This document shows positions 36,925 to 51,322 of a stretch of 64,000 nucleotides of DNA, in pieces. The notes beneath the pieces are model-generated. The model saw only the letters and a program-made list of their open reading frames with translations, had not been told where the DNA came from and ran no database searches. The translations under genes were made by a program, and so were the position numbers. The DNA is from Lepidodermella squamata. Taxonomy: Eukaryota > Animalia > Gastrotricha. Every line of letters begins with the position of its first letter. Position 1 is the stretch's first letter. Location of the stretch: the NCBI GenBank assembly GCA_047495785.1, contig JBLDXI010000002.1:310001-374000 (forward strand), read 5' to 3'.

Positions 36925-37882
36925 ATATTGTTTTATGTGGCGAAAATGTGGCTATCGGAGCGGAAATTTTGGAAAAGGACGCTACAATGCGCGCGTCACC
37001 ACCTTAAAACTGCTGACGAATTTACCTGGGGCTAGGTAATTAATAAGCGGTTGAGTGCACAGGGTCGTTTTAATTGCAACAAAAGAGCATCATCGCAGTT
37101 GTTTTAGCCTCAATAATATAATGATGAGAATAAAGTTTCAGTGCGCGCGCGCGCGTGATCTAGGGTAATAAACAAAGCGCGCATTATTATACTACAGATC
37201 CGTTTGTGTGTTTGTTTTGCGCGCGCATCTTTTTGCGCGGGAGGCTGCGCGTATTACATTCATGTTGAGTGAGGTGGTATTAATTCTGAATAGATAAATA
37301 AATAAATAAAACACTGCGACGATGTGAAATTGTAAATAAAACAATAACTGAGAAAATGCGGCTCATCAGTCGAGGCGATATTTTATTCACATAATTTCAT
37401 AATGTGAATATTATTAATGCTTTTTTTAATAATGTCTCGTTTTCTTCCGAGTCCGTCAAAGTTGCTGCTGGAACTGAGGCTAAGGTGATATAAATTCTGG
37501 GGTTTTCATTATTTTACGCGCATTTATATCGTTTTATTACCGCACTCAAAATCTTAAAAATATCAATATACGAAAAATGTAGGAAAATTCAAATTTCTTT
37601 AGATCATCAAATTATGATGCACAAATATCACTCCCTAGTATTCCGCTGAATCATGGTTAATTTCGATTCAAAGGTTAGAAAATTCTGTAAATACCCGGTG
37701 AATAGCATTTTCCGAACCGTTTCCACGTGCCGCGAATCATTATTATTTTTGAATTTTGAAATTGAATTTTGACCTTTTTCCTAATTTAGAGTAAAAAAAA
37801 TAAATTTCCGTTTTAATTATTTAATTTTGATTTTAATTTATTTTTCTACTGAGCAATTTATTTTTGAATAATTATTTCATAG

Positions 37883-40080
37883 ATGGAAATTAATATTCTA
37901 ATATTTGCTTTATTATGGCATCAAATTTTCGGAAATGAGGATGGCTCAAAATCCACCCATTCAGGAACTAACATTCGGTTAACTCGAAATCAACAACAGC
38001 ATCAAATTTCTACCTCAAATTTTGTACGACAAAATCCAGCCGGGAAGCAACGGAGGGCGACTTACTTCCTGGTACCGAAAACGCCGCCTCCCGAGCAAAA
38101 TTACCAGACTGTTTACGGCGATAATTTGGACTCGGAAACTCTCGCGGATGATGGTGTCGGGTTTCGGGAGGTCACTGTACCCGGTTTCGGACTTTCGGAC
38201 GACCAGGGCCAAAGTTGGCGGCAAATGGCGTTCGACGCCCTGGCCGAGCACTTACCAGAAAGTTTCCTATCCGGCTTCAGATCTAGACCATCAACTAATA
38301 GAGTCTATGAGACTACAACTTTAGCGCTGGTCCAGCAGTTTCAGAACGCCATCAGCCAACCTTCACCCGCATCTGATGATTTTTGGAGAATTACGACCAG
38401 GGGAGAAATTAAAGTGCTGCGTTGTGGCTCGGAGTCTTACGCTGTTTCGGACCGAGAGGTGAAACAAAATTTTTCATTGAATTTCCGATATTAATTTCCG
38501 GAATAGAAGCACTTTCATTACGGATGTCGAATGAAATTGAGCCGATCGCACTAAAAATTGCTGATTTTAATAGGAAAACGGCAATATTTATGACTCACAT
38601 ATTTTTATTTTTTTTAGAGAAATAAAATTGGATTTTAAACGAGGCTAAATATTTTTACATCTAAAATGGTCAAATATTGCAGAGAATTTAAATCAATTTT
38701 ATATTGTCCTAAAAAATTAACTCTAAATTTTTAATATTTTAAATTTTAAATTGAAAAATTATTTGATAATATTTCTGTTTTTTTTGCATTTAGAGAAACG
38801 AGGTCGCTTGCTGCGGTACCCACGCTTACCGTTTAAAATTGGCATCTTGTCTTAACGGCCGGGTTGTTAGCTGGTCTGACGCGATGAAAGCCGCAGCAAT
38901 GCTCGCCTCGTCATCCTCATCATCGACATCTACAACAACAACAACTAGACCAATGACTAAAACCCCGAATACAGGATCGTCGAACCTCAACGCGTTGTTG
39001 GAAAAATTTCAACGCGGCGATGAAATTCTCGACTGGAGAACTATCGATAAAATTTGCTTCGATCGGCTGAATTTAACGTCTTTTTTCGGCGAGGATTCTT
39101 TCAATACGAAAAGCATCAGTCGAACTTCGTTCTTCAAAAAACCGAAAAATCTGGAAAATTTAGCTCAGCAAATACATCGGCGTCTTGTCCCAATCGAGAG
39201 CAATGCGTTACCTGGCCGGAAGGCTGTGAAATCTAACCCGCCTGGAATGATACCGCCGAATGTTGAATTTTTATCAAAACCGAATTCGCAGAAATTATTA
39301 GGAAATTTGGACCGTTATCAAATCAAGCCGAAATCGACCGGCAGTCATTCGAGACCCGGGCGGATAGTTCAAAGGCCATTTCCGAACAGCCAGGAGAAGC
39401 ATTTAATTTCACCCTTGGTTAACGGACGTCAAATAGCTATTCTCGGATGTGGTCAGTCGAAATTGTACCGAGTTAACGAGCCGCTTCAATCTTTTGTTTG
39501 CTGCGGCGAGTCACTTGTGTCCAGAAATCGGCGATGCAACAACGTGGCGCCGACACTGCCGCGTGTTCTCGGCATTTCAGCCGCTGACCTGAATTCAGCT
39601 GAAAACGCTTCGAAGCCGGCAACTACTACTAATGAAAAGCGAGTGTTGACCCCGCCGCTTGAGGAGACTGGTGAAGAAAGTAGGTCACCTGGTAATAAAA
39701 ACGACGCCGCGCGACTGATCGAAGTAGGTCAAACCAATAAATGCGGGGCCGACAACGCTAATTACGATAAAGAGACCCAGATTTGTTGCGGCGGAAAAAT
39801 TTACGAGAAAACCGTCACGCAGGTATAAATTAAAAAAATTAAAAAATCCGCCTTAATAATTTTTATTCTATATTTTTGAAGATTTGTTGCAATGGCGTTC
39901 ATCAAACAGCTCCGCCAGACCAACCTCTCGGGTGTTGTGGGTCAAAGCCGTACCTCTTATCTGAATTCGTAAGGGTATCAGGTTCATTTTCATTTTTTAC
40001 TGATTTTTTTCTGATTAAAGGAGTGCAATGACAAGAAATTGAGTGAGCGGACGCCACCGCCTGATAGCAGCTCGTCATAA
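37883..40080 (+). CDS. Secreted galaxin-like (Cys-Cys repeat) protein G1
   Basis: Exons 37883-38458, 38794-39822, 39882-39968, 40021-40080 (GT-AG, phase 0). Signal peptide; motifs VACCGTHAY...SCLNGRVVS, FVCCGESL, CG...YDKETQICCGGKIY, ICCNG...GCCGSKPY. Confidence 0.8.
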
Positions 40081-42394
40081 TGATGAAAGGACTCCCACAG
40101 CGAAAAACTGACAAGCTAGTCGTCACTGCAAAATGGAAACTAGAACAAAGCCATTATTGTTCCCGTTCCACCACTCATCGCGCATCTATATGACTCGATC
40201 TCGTCGCCAAATAATTACTATTGTGAGATTATTACATTTTGAGAATAAATCGCCATTTAACCTCATTTACTGTCTGAAAATATCTTTTTACGGGTATCCA
40301 GGATTTGGGCTTTGTAATTTGAGCCATATATTATGTCCTCATTTTACCTGTGAATTAGTTTTTTTATTTACACCATATTGCTTTGCGTTTAAAACAAATT
40401 AATCCCAAAGGTGCCATCTCGCAAAGAGCGAAAAGTTATACGCATATATCATATAATAATTACGTGTTATGCCATGATTTAATTAAGCAAACAAGTCCCG
40501 CCGCGGTATCTATGATATTTTTTTGCGACGGCCTTTTATGTGCCGCGTACAATTTCGACACCAATGCGACAACAAATATTGCCACGCTTTTTCGCAAAAA
40601 TAATATCCTCAATTCATAGACTTTGCAATACATATTATGACCGTTGTTTTTTTTACGCGGAGTCAATTGACAAGTGAGATTCGTTTGTTTTGAAATATTA
40701 TGGCCCTATTGCGTGATTTTTGTTATTCGCATTATTACTACTATATTATATAGCGCGTATCATTTTGCGACAAATTGACTGCGCGACGTGTTCAAAAATT
40801 GCGCGCGACCATTTTTTTGTTCACGCGCAGCAAAACGCGCAATGATAGCTGTTGTGCGCGCATTGTAAGCATCTTCTTCATTATTTTTACTATAATGATA
40901 ATAATAATATATAATATCACGGGTTTTAGGTGAACGAATAATGACAAAGAATGTAGCTGCTGTTCCTTTTATTGCTCGCAAAGGTATATTTTTATACGCG
41001 TCAAAGCTTGAAAGTGTATAGCTAGAAACAAGCGTAACGACATGCAGATATGTTTTCGCGCATTTCGCGCGGTGCCAGCAGCTGATTATCTACTCTCGGC
41101 TTTTATCTTTTCTCGTCTCGTATTACTTTACATATAGGTCCATCTCGCTATACGTTCTGTCGCTTTACAGATTAGCGGAGGCGGCAACTCTTCTAAACAA
41201 AGCGCAGAAAACAAACTGCTGTTATTTGTTCTTTAATTAAACAATCACCAACCGCAACGTTTTATCTAGATTGAAGCCATCTTAATTTAATTGAATTTTC
41301 TGCAACTTTGCGAATTTTTCAGAAATTTATTACTTAATTTAAGCAAAATATTTTATAGCATAGCACCCATGAATAATAAGACCCCGAGCTTTGAATAATA
41401 AGATCCTATTTCGCGCAGGGTCTTACTACACCTTCCTATAGGCCGTAATCCGCGTAAAAAATTCCTTTGAAAAGGTATCAACACTCGAGGAGGATTACTC
41501 GCTAAATCGTTGAAAATGATAACTTTAAGCTTTTATTTAAAAATTTATTCACGCAATAAAACTTCAAAAAATACTTGATCCTATCAGCATTCCTTCTAGG
41601 TGCAATATTCAACAGTTTTCTTACATCATTTCCGTTAGAACTTAAATCTCAAATATTCATCAGGACATTATGAAAACGTTAGGGAATTTAATTCGAATTT
41701 TATTGGATGCTTTCAAAGATAAAAACGACCTTTCGTACTTAAATCAGGGAATTTATTCTAATTTTAGTCAGTATATGGCACTTAGGTTCCCCTTTCCAAG
41801 TCCCAAAAAATTCATAGAACAGGGGAAGCGTGAGTTTTTTGGAATTTTTCTATTAATTTAGGATCGAATTTATAAATTATTATTTCGCGATGGAGCTTCT
41901 CCAAATTCATTAAGATTCTGCATCTCAGTTCTGAAATCCGAGCTTCTATAGGCCCATGAATTTGGAATGCTGCTTCAGAAACATGAATTTTGCAGCACAG
42001 CTGTTAATTTTCAATTTGAATATTCGTATTATTTTTAAAATTTAAAATTTATGAAACATTTTCAAATTTTGTTCGTGGAATTCTCAGATGGTAGAAAGCA
42101 ATTTCGCAAAGCTTTAGGTTCTGATTTCTGATCAGATTCTATCCATTAATTAAATTTAAAAATTACTAATCAAGTTTGCTTCAAGGTGCTTATCGTTCAT
42201 CTTTCAGCTTTCAGTTCTTCTGCACGACTCGCATTTTTTAACCTAATTTTCAAGACAATAAACTGCTGCAGAATTCATGAATTTTTGAAATTTTCATTTA
42301 TTGCGAATTTTAATAATTTTTTTGCTTTCTTCTTTCTTTGAAATTTTGAAATTGATTTTTTCAAATTTTGAAATATTTATTCCTGTTATTTTAG

Positions 42395-45300
42395 ATGAAA
42401 TTACCATTTCATACTCGACTGATAATTCTGGCAATAAAATTCTGGATAAAATGCTCAAAATCCGCTCAATTATTCGACGCGATAATGACGCGCCAAATGC
42501 CGGTACCTTACGGCTATTCGGCAGCGGATGACGAGGACGGCGACGCAGGCGAGCAGCAGCACAAGGCCTACCCGCAGTACCCTAACCCACGATCTCATCG
42601 CCGTGTTGACGGCCATATTTACATGCACAAAAAAATCGACCCGGTCGCGTTTGAAATGGAAAACGGCGGCGACGATAAAATGAGCTACATGAGTCAAAAT
42701 TACGATTTCCAACCGGAAAAACTGCCACGACGCAAGGTGAAGCAAGGCTCGGGCGGTTTTACCGAAATTTCAGCCGGAACCTTCCAAGAGCCGATGATGA
42801 TGAATAATAACTTCAAGCAGGAACAACTGCCAGATTTTTCGAATGTAAACTTCGCAGGTGGCGGTCCGATGTTTCAAAATCAGCAGAGGTACCAGCAGCA
42901 GAATAACCAGAACGCCGGGGCTGGGAATAACCAGAATTTCCCGATGACCTACGCGAATCTACCGATTTCGGGTGTTATGAACAGCGCCCCGGCCATGCAG
43001 CCGGCGAGTTTCGCCACGAATAATTACGGCCGAATTTCGCCGGCTTTTCAACCCCCTCCAATCGCGGCACCCCCACCCCCGCCGGTACCGACTACAACAT
43101 GGCGGCCTATGATTAGGGTGACTACACCCGAGCCAGCCCCGCCGCCGCCGAAAATCAACTACCCAGCCCCGCCTGATATATTCAATAACCAGAAAATGTT
43201 GAACCCAAACGCCGATCTACCCGTCGACCCGAGGCCGTTATTCGGCGCTGGGTACGTGCCTGGGAAGAGTTCCAACCCGGAGCAGTTGCAAATGCCGCCG
43301 CTGCCCGTGCCGCAGAATCCAAGCTTCATAATGCCGGCGAATTCGACCCTGTTACCGCCGGAGATTTTGAGCCAGTTTCAGGCGCCGAGGGGCGTCGAGC
43401 CGCAAACTCCTAGTCCTAACTACAACTTCCCAACTCCGTTAAATTTCGTAATTCAACCCCAGTCAACAACCCAGTCGCCGTTTGTTACCAACAAAATTCT
43501 ACTTACAACGCAGAGGCCTGTTGAAAATAATAACAATCAACCCCTCGCGTTTCTAACCGGCAGCCCGGCTGAAATTCAGCGGCAAATGATGATGCTGATG
43601 AGTAGTGCCTTGAGTACGAATAACGTGATTCGGGAGCTACCGACAACCTGGGCGCCGGTTACAGCGGTAACCCCGGCTACAACCACTACAACCACGACTA
43701 CGACTACGACCACTACAACCACCCCGAGGCCAGCTTTGAAGTCTGTTTTAGAGCTTCAACAACAACAACAGCCGCATCGATCGATCCAACCAGCCGTTCC
43801 TTTAACCGCTGAATATTGGCAGAAAATCGCCGAGTTGCAGCGAAGAATTTCGCTGATGGACCGACAACCGGCGGCGAGTAATAACAACAACCAGCCGAAT
43901 TACCAATACTTAGCCCCGCCCCCTCAGCAACAATCGCCGAGTATGGTGTATCTAAACCCGAACCAGCAGCAGATGAATAACAACTACCCGAATTACCAAT
44001 TCATCCAGCAGCCGCAGTATGACCCGTACCTAGAGACAAGGCGCAAGCCAATGATCATTTCAGGGCCGACTCAGAAAATTGAGCCTGTTATTACGTCAGT
44101 TGGGAAGATTGAGGATGAGACGATTGTGCTGAATAGCGGCGGCGGCGGCGGGTCGAATTCTCGCCCGGCTGGGCTTTCGGATATTTTGACGTTTCCGATG
44201 TTGAAGGTCGCCCAGCCGGTGTTAATGACGCCACCGCCGAATTACGCCGTGCCGAACGATCCGACCAAGCCGATGGTTGTCAGTGAAGGCACGGTTCGTG
44301 GGTTGATTGTTATCAGCTGTAACGGGCAGGAGATTTCGGTGGTCGAGAAGGAGGTCGACCAGGTGGCGTGTTGCGACAGAAATGCTTACAATTTCAAGGT
44401 AAACCTTTATTTTCTTATCAGTTTGTTAACTTGTATATTAACTTCAAACTTCACTGAAATTTTACAGCAATTTTAAACATTTAATAATATTTTTTTTTCA
44501 ATTTCGCGCGACAATTTTCCGAGAATTCTCTCTGCTCGGGATTTTTCAACGCATTTAAAAACGTGTAAGAATCCACCTTAAAAATATACCTTTTCTCTGG
44601 AAAAGTTGCCCGTGGCCTGTCACACCGAATTTTTAGACTTCGAATCAAACCTAGACATTGGTGAAATAGTGCAATAAATAATGGAAAATATTATGAAGCC
44701 AAAGATGATGACAACAAAAACTAGATTTAGAGGATCCGAACTTCGGCTGAACCTTTTTTCAAAGTTACATATCGATTTTTTTCGAACAATTAATCCATTT
44801 TCGAAGAAATCTGCCCGGAAAAAAGCCATGACGTTTGTTTTTTTCAAACGTTGATGAACCTCTGACATTTAAAAGGGACTGACATTTATTTCGGGCCTGG
44901 CATTTATTTACTCGAACCAACAAGTAACTTGCCTAGGTAACCAAAATGGCAACCTTTCCGTGAGATATTACCTATTTTGACCCAAATATTGGTCCTTGAC
45001 CTTTCCAAGTCCCAAGAATAGAAATTATCTCCATTCAGAATGGCTATAATGACCTCATTAGTGATCTTCAGTATTGTCCCCGCCATTGACTTGACATTTA
45101 TTTCGGGCCTGACATTTGTTATTTCGAACGACCTCTAACCTCTGACATTTATTTGAGCCTGCCATTTATTCGGGCAGTACGGTAATCGTAATCATCAATT
45201 TCGAGTTTTGTTTTATGCTCAGGCAATAATCAATACCGCTCTCATCACTGCTACGAGAGTCGGCTTGACCATGATTCAGCAAAAATTATATTCGAAAATC

Positions 45301-48300
45301 TTTATTCAAGTATTTGACCTACATTGAAGCTTGATGCCAGTTTAATAATTTTTCTGCGCCTTTCGTTATTATAGATCTTATTGGAACCACTGAACGCATT
45401 TATGTGGGGATGTCAAAGGGCTAATTTCGAAATATTAGGCTGGTGTAATTCCAAGCTAATATTCTGCGATAATCTTTCGACAGAATGAGGGTTTCAATAA
45501 AAAAATCGCAAAATAATTCGCAAAATATTAAAATTTCAATTCGCACTCAAGGGATTTCAAACAAATTATCTTTTAGCGGAACCAAATATTTGCATTTTGC
45601 GGAACCAAAGTTGAAATATGCCAAGAGTCTTTTTTTTTAATAATTCTACGAATTTTAGGCGAAGCATGAGTTCTGAATTGAACCCTCTTTCTTATAGAGA
45701 ATTTTACGCTGAATTTAATGGTGATTATTCACGAATTATTGTGATCAATCTAGACCCGCAAAAAATATCCGAAAACTGATTTCAGACTACAGGAAAAGTC
45801 TAAAATTTGGTTCCGCTAACAGCAAATTTGGTTCCGCTACTGTAAATTTGGTTCTGGTAAAAGAAGGACCCGATTTATATTAGGTTTTGCTCAAGAGCCC
45901 GATAAAGAATCCCCTGAATATCAGCTTAGAAAAACTGCCTGGAAAAATGTCTGAACTCGCCAGTTACGAATTCCACCAAATTGTTTTACTGAGGATTATT
46001 CAGTCATTTTTTTTAATTAATTCTTATAAATAAGGGAAAATTTAACTTACATCGTATGAGAGTGATTCAGGCTCGCTAAATAAAGAAATTTGCTCAGTTT
46101 ATATGGCCAGCAGAAAACACCAAGTCGCCCCTGAGATGGTTCTTAGTGCTAATTTATGCATGAATTCAACTGTTAAGAGCACGCTTTCTTGATATTAAGG
46201 AGACCGTCTTTAATGATGCGCGATCATTAAAAGGCCGTAAATTAGCGAGAAAAAACCCTTGTAGGTTGGTGGATCGCTGCCTTTTCCCTGTGCAGTCTCG
46301 AAATCTTATATCCACGAAAGAACGGTGGCTTTATTTTATTGACATATAGCTCACATTTTGAAAATATTTTAGGTTAAATTTGGACAATATTTAGTCCTGA
46401 AAATTTCAGACATTCGCACAACTGGAGGTCCTTCATGAACTTCTCACTCGCAAAAATGTATTATCTTCGCATTTTTGACGTCATTTAACGACAAGTAAAT
46501 AATTGCAACAAACAGCGCTGAAAAATTTAATTAAAATTGGCACTTATGAAATGGGTCGCAGCTGAAACAAAAATGTAGCGTTAAACTGGTTTTCAAAATT
46601 TAGTTCACCTGTCCAACAGTTAATTTCAGCTATATATTGCTGAGTGTTTAGTTAACCTTTTTTATTTGTTTTTAATTACACAGCGTATGACTTGCTACAA
46701 AGGCCGAGTGGTCAGTAAAATTCCGAATTTTGTCACCCTGCCGCCGCAAGTTCAACCGATCATTTACGGCGCCGATCAGAATGTTCCGCAGCCAGTGATG
46801 ACGCAAATCGCCCGCATGGGTAAGGGCAACAGGCACCATCATCACACTCATAGTCACCACCATCACTTCCATACAACAGCGGGCAGCAGCAGTAAGGACC
46901 GCCGGCCGGCCAAGTCTTCGATGGCGGAACAACCGTTGCCGAAATGCGGGCGGATAACTTATAACGCCAGGGAACGCTTCTGCTGTGGCGAGTCGTTGTA
47001 CGACACCGCCCCAGGACAGGTGATTATTGCCAGATTTTTTATTCAATTTTTTATTCTTATTTTCATTTTGAATTCTATTTTTATTTTTCTTAATTTGTCA
47101 GGGCCAAGCTGTTTTTCCCCATTGTTGTGTACAGAAAAATTGCTATTCGTTCATTTTTATCTTCAATTATTTATATTTTTTGTAATATTTTTCTAAATTT
47201 CATAAATTATTTCTTGCTAAACTGAGATTTTTCGCAGTTTTCCTCGAATTTAGGAAAATAATCGCTGCTGGGAATAGGTTTATGTTGTTATGTTCAATCC
47301 GGTTTGAAAATCTCTCAGAAAATAACAATTTGTCCTTCATCGAAACTTGAATTAAAGCCCAACCCTATAAGTATTTATTTAAAAAATCCTGTAGGGTGAC
47401 TACAACCCCAGGGTGTCTAAAAGGCATATATCCACGCTGGGAAATCGTATTAATTCGGGGAAAACGGATAAATGACCAGTGTCTCGTAGGCTTGGTGATG
47501 AGCTAGGAGCCATTTTTTGGGACTGTCACCAAACTGCACTAAAGTGTCATCAAAATCGATTCTGCACGAAGTATTACCCAACTGAATGCATTTCTAGATA
47601 GATCTCATCACGCTGATGAACGTTTTCTTTGAGAGCGGCTTCCTAGCTATCACTGTTTATGAGATGATCGTCCAGGTGTGACAAAAGTAAAGGTCACGTG
47701 ACCAACTTGACACTGGAATATCTCAATAACGGTAGATGATAAAAATATGCGGTTTTCAAATTCTTAATTCCCTAATTTTTCTCTACCGGAAAAGCACGTA
47801 TCAATAGGGAAAGAGAAAGAAAAATATTTTCCGAAAACATTCTGGGATTTAATGGAATTTCTTTAGAGCCTTTTGCCAAATTTTACAACCAAATTTTATG
47901 ATTTTCATTAATTTCGTTTTTCCATTTAAAAATTCAAGTAAAATATTGTAAAAAGAATGTAGAATATCTGAACTTTACTGTGAGAACAAGTGGTAAAATC
48001 TTACACAAAAAATTATTCGAAAATGACTTTTCTATAATATAAAGTTTGCCTTTTTGGAGCCGATTTTCGACATTTTTTGATAATTTTCTTATTTCGGTAG
48101 ACGTTTTTACAGGCATCAAAGTTGATCGAAAGGGAAGCATTTTTACTTGATTATTTCGATTTTGCGACCCGGCTGACTGGATTGGGTTTGAGATGAAAAA
48201 AAGAAAAAATTAACGTTGAGATTTAAGAAAATGTCGTCGGACAAAAACATTTTAGTGCAAAATCTGTTGGTGTAAATATTTCGCCAGCCATCAAAAAGTT

Positions 48301-48795
48301 GTAAATTATTCGCGATATGCACTGGAGAGTCATCAGTTAGGCTGGAAAATGTCAAAATTACGGAGCTTGGTTCTAGGGTAGTCAAAGAAATCTAAATGTG
48401 GCCTCTGATATGCCTTGGTGTCCGAATTTAATTTCAGAAGCCGGTTATTTTCACATTTTCTTTCCGCCAATGTTAAAGTTACTGTGCGATTTTTCGAAAA
48501 ATTGTAAAAATACCAATATAACTGCTGTTTCTTGAACAATTTTACGCGTTTTCCACCATTTAGTAAATTTCGAATTTTTGTCATTTATCCAGGTTTGCTG
48601 TGGCGACATGATTTACGCGTATTCTCCGAACGAAACCGTGCGATGTTGCGGCCAGGTGCCGTACGACGGCGTGTCTCACGTAATTACTTCGATTTATCGT
48701 CAATTTTGTTCATCCTTTTTTGTACCCTTATTTTCTTTCAGTATTGCAAGAGCGCGAATTCGGTAGTTCGGAGGAGCGTTCGGAAAGGTGCGTAA
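42395..48795 (+). CDS. Secreted galaxin-like protein G2 with long Pro/Gln/Asn/Thr low-complexity region and a His tract
   Basis: Exons 42395-44398, 46684-47019, 48593-48679, 48742-48795. VACCDRNAYNFK|RMTCYKGRVVS aligns with G1; CGRITYNARERFCCGESLYD, VCCGD...RCCGQVPY; RHHHHTHSHHHHFH. Confidence 0.82.
44858..45184. repeat. Cluster of CTGACATTTATTTCGGGCCTG-type direct repeats ending in TACGGTA (probable DNA-transposon end)
   Basis: Motif repeated at ~44862-44905 and ~45090-45175; only one terminus recognised. Confidence 0.45.
45569..45864. mobile_element. MITE-like element with repeated GCGGAACCAAA sub-terminal motifs in inverted orientation
   Basis: tcttttagcggaaccaaa...gcggaaccaaa on the left; tttggttccgcta x2 and tttggttctggtaaaaga on the right. 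Confidence 0.6.
47520..47790 (+). repeat. Interspersed repeat; other copies at ~55940-56215 (+) and ~59745-60020 (-)
   Basis: Shared blocks aaagtgtcatca, actga.tgcatttct, gttttcttt.agagcggcttccta.ctatcac, tgtgacaa, gtcac.tgaccaacttgac. Confidence 0.75.
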
Positions 48796-51322
48796 TAGCG
48801 TCGAATGAAGCTGCTCAACCACACATCACCATTCAACTCTCGCCGGTCAAACGAATCAAATTCAAAGCCATATTATACAGAAAAATTTAACATTTTATTC
48901 GCTTTTAAAGTTATATTATCAAAAAACAATTAGCCGACAACTAACCGAATAGTGTGTTAATTTTGTACAAAATTGTTTTTTTTGTGAAAAGAAATGATAA
49001 AAAAATAAAAGTCTGCCGCAATTAAGGCTAGCCGGAGTTTGAGCTATAATTATCATATAAAAACAACAAGGCGACGATCAAGACTTGGCGCTACGTTGAG
49101 GGGGTTGTAATAATGCGAATGACCCAGACGCCGCTAATTGAAAAGCGCGCAAATATTGCTCTAATTGCGCCGGCCGGTTGAACATTTTATTATTATTATT
49201 AAAGGCAACAAAAATTTGTTATCTATCACGCGGGTGTACGATCAGTATTACACGTAAAAAGTTACATAATAATTGGCTGAATTTGAAAGAACCAAAAATA
49301 AATGGCCACCCGTTAAATAAGTCATTTGAGCCATCCGGCCGCAGCGGTAGTGGAAAAAAAGATAGCGATCGACACGCGGGGTTAATTGCTGACCCAGTAA
49401 TATATGACAAACAAAAATTGCGCTGGTCGCTTATTAAGCGGCTAAAAATGCGAATTTTTTTGTATACTGCATATACTGTCACAACAATTCTTATCTATTC
49501 CGTGAGAGAACGATCAGTGGCTTGAAATTTATCCGCAGCTTACATGGGTATTAATTCAAGTGTAACATTAATATATATACTAAATGATGTTAATTGTGTA
49601 CCAAAAACACTTGTTGAACAAAACGACATGCGTATATTGTCCTGTTGGAACGAGGCTGGTTTTTCGAGAATACAGTGCGAAGTTATTACCCGAGAAAAAC
49701 AAGACAGCTCGGCGCTTTGAGAGAAACCGTGTCAACTAATGAGTGGTCACTTGCCGACCAATCATTTTTATTGTCTAAAATGTTTGGTCCTTCGCATTAC
49801 GACCGCATAACAAGACGTTACGCGGAGTCACTTGACATTATTACATTCACTCATCATTCGCTTCTATCTCTGCTCATCCTCCAGGTATTGATTAATCACC
49901 GTCCAACGCGCGATGACCCAACCGATATTGATGAACGGCCTTAACGCGTAAAAAATCGCGTTGGCCGCGCATCATTAAGCGGCGGCATTACATGTCGTGA
50001 ACATGAATTTTTTTGTAGCAGACAGAATTTTAATTGAATTTTAATAGCGACACACGTGAATTTTGTTGTAACAGCGATCAAGGCGAGACATCAACAATAA
50101 TTTTTTGAAGCATTAAAAAATCGCCTTAATCGAGTCACCGGCGCGAGCGCAATTATGATAATTTTTTCAAGAAATATCATCTCTCTGTCGCGCTATAGCT
50201 AGCCATTAGGCGTTGCGGTGGTGTTATAAGGTATCCTTATACTTGAATATAAGAATAAGAATCATGGCGTTTTAAGCGGCTATTACAGCGGCTCGTTTTT
50301 AACACCTCTCGGCAAAAAAATTATACTAAAAAGCACCAGCGAAGATGACCGGCTGTTACTCAAGTTCTAATTGTCTATAGCATTGCGCCCGCGGGTGTTT
50401 TATAGCGGAAAAAAAATTGTGAACGCAGCTTTGTTCTTCCCGTTATCTATTCTAGACGCGTGCACATTTTTTCATACAACCTATAGCAGTGGGTTCATTT
50501 TTTTAAGATACTAAGAACGCGCTATTTCTTGTTTCAACTAATTCTTATGATCCACCTTTTATTTTTAACTTTTTTTATTTTTGTTTTGTTTCAATCTGGA
50601 GACCGGTTTAATACGCCAATCAGTATTTGAGAAATGGAAAAGGGCCTGCTGTGTTTCCTGTTTGAATCCGGCGAAAAAGATGGACGAAAAGCAATTTTTT
50701 TGCCTTTTTCTCTAAGTTTTACTTGCATTTTTTAATTTGTTATTTTACATATTTTTTGAAACGCTGCCAAAATTTTAATAATTATTTTAAATAAATAGCG
50801 TTACATATCAAGATGCACAATTATGAAGAAAACCAAGTCCGTACTACATGATGAGGTGTGAAACTTGGCTATAATACACTTAATGAGAGACTCACATATA
50901 CTTTTTCGTAAACTTTAAACCGCTTAATTAGCTGTTATAATAGCTTTCACCTCGTTCCTCATTTCGGACAGCAGGTAATTATGCTGGTCCTCATTAACAT
51001 TATTAAACAATTTGCATGGATAAGTGGTTTGGTTTGTTTTCGAAAAATGTCCATCCTAAAAAAATCTAAATTATGAAATTTAATTTTTTATTTGAAATTT
51101 TGATACTCGAAAAATTGAGGAGGAATTTTTATTTTCCAGCAATGTTTCAAAAATTGAGAAAAATGGCTTAATTCTAAATTTTGTGTAAGAAAAACAAAAT
51201 TATTAAAAAATTCAATTTTTATTTGAATTTAAATACACGCAAAAATTAAGGAAAACATTTCATTTTCCGCAAGAATATGAAAAATTGTGAATAATGACGT
51301 AATTTTATGTTTAGATTTTAAA

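Noticed and set aside
44858-45184. CRISPR-like repeat array
   Set aside because: Repeats are degenerate and irregularly spaced in a eukaryotic intron, with no cas genes; better explained as transposon sub-terminal repeats.
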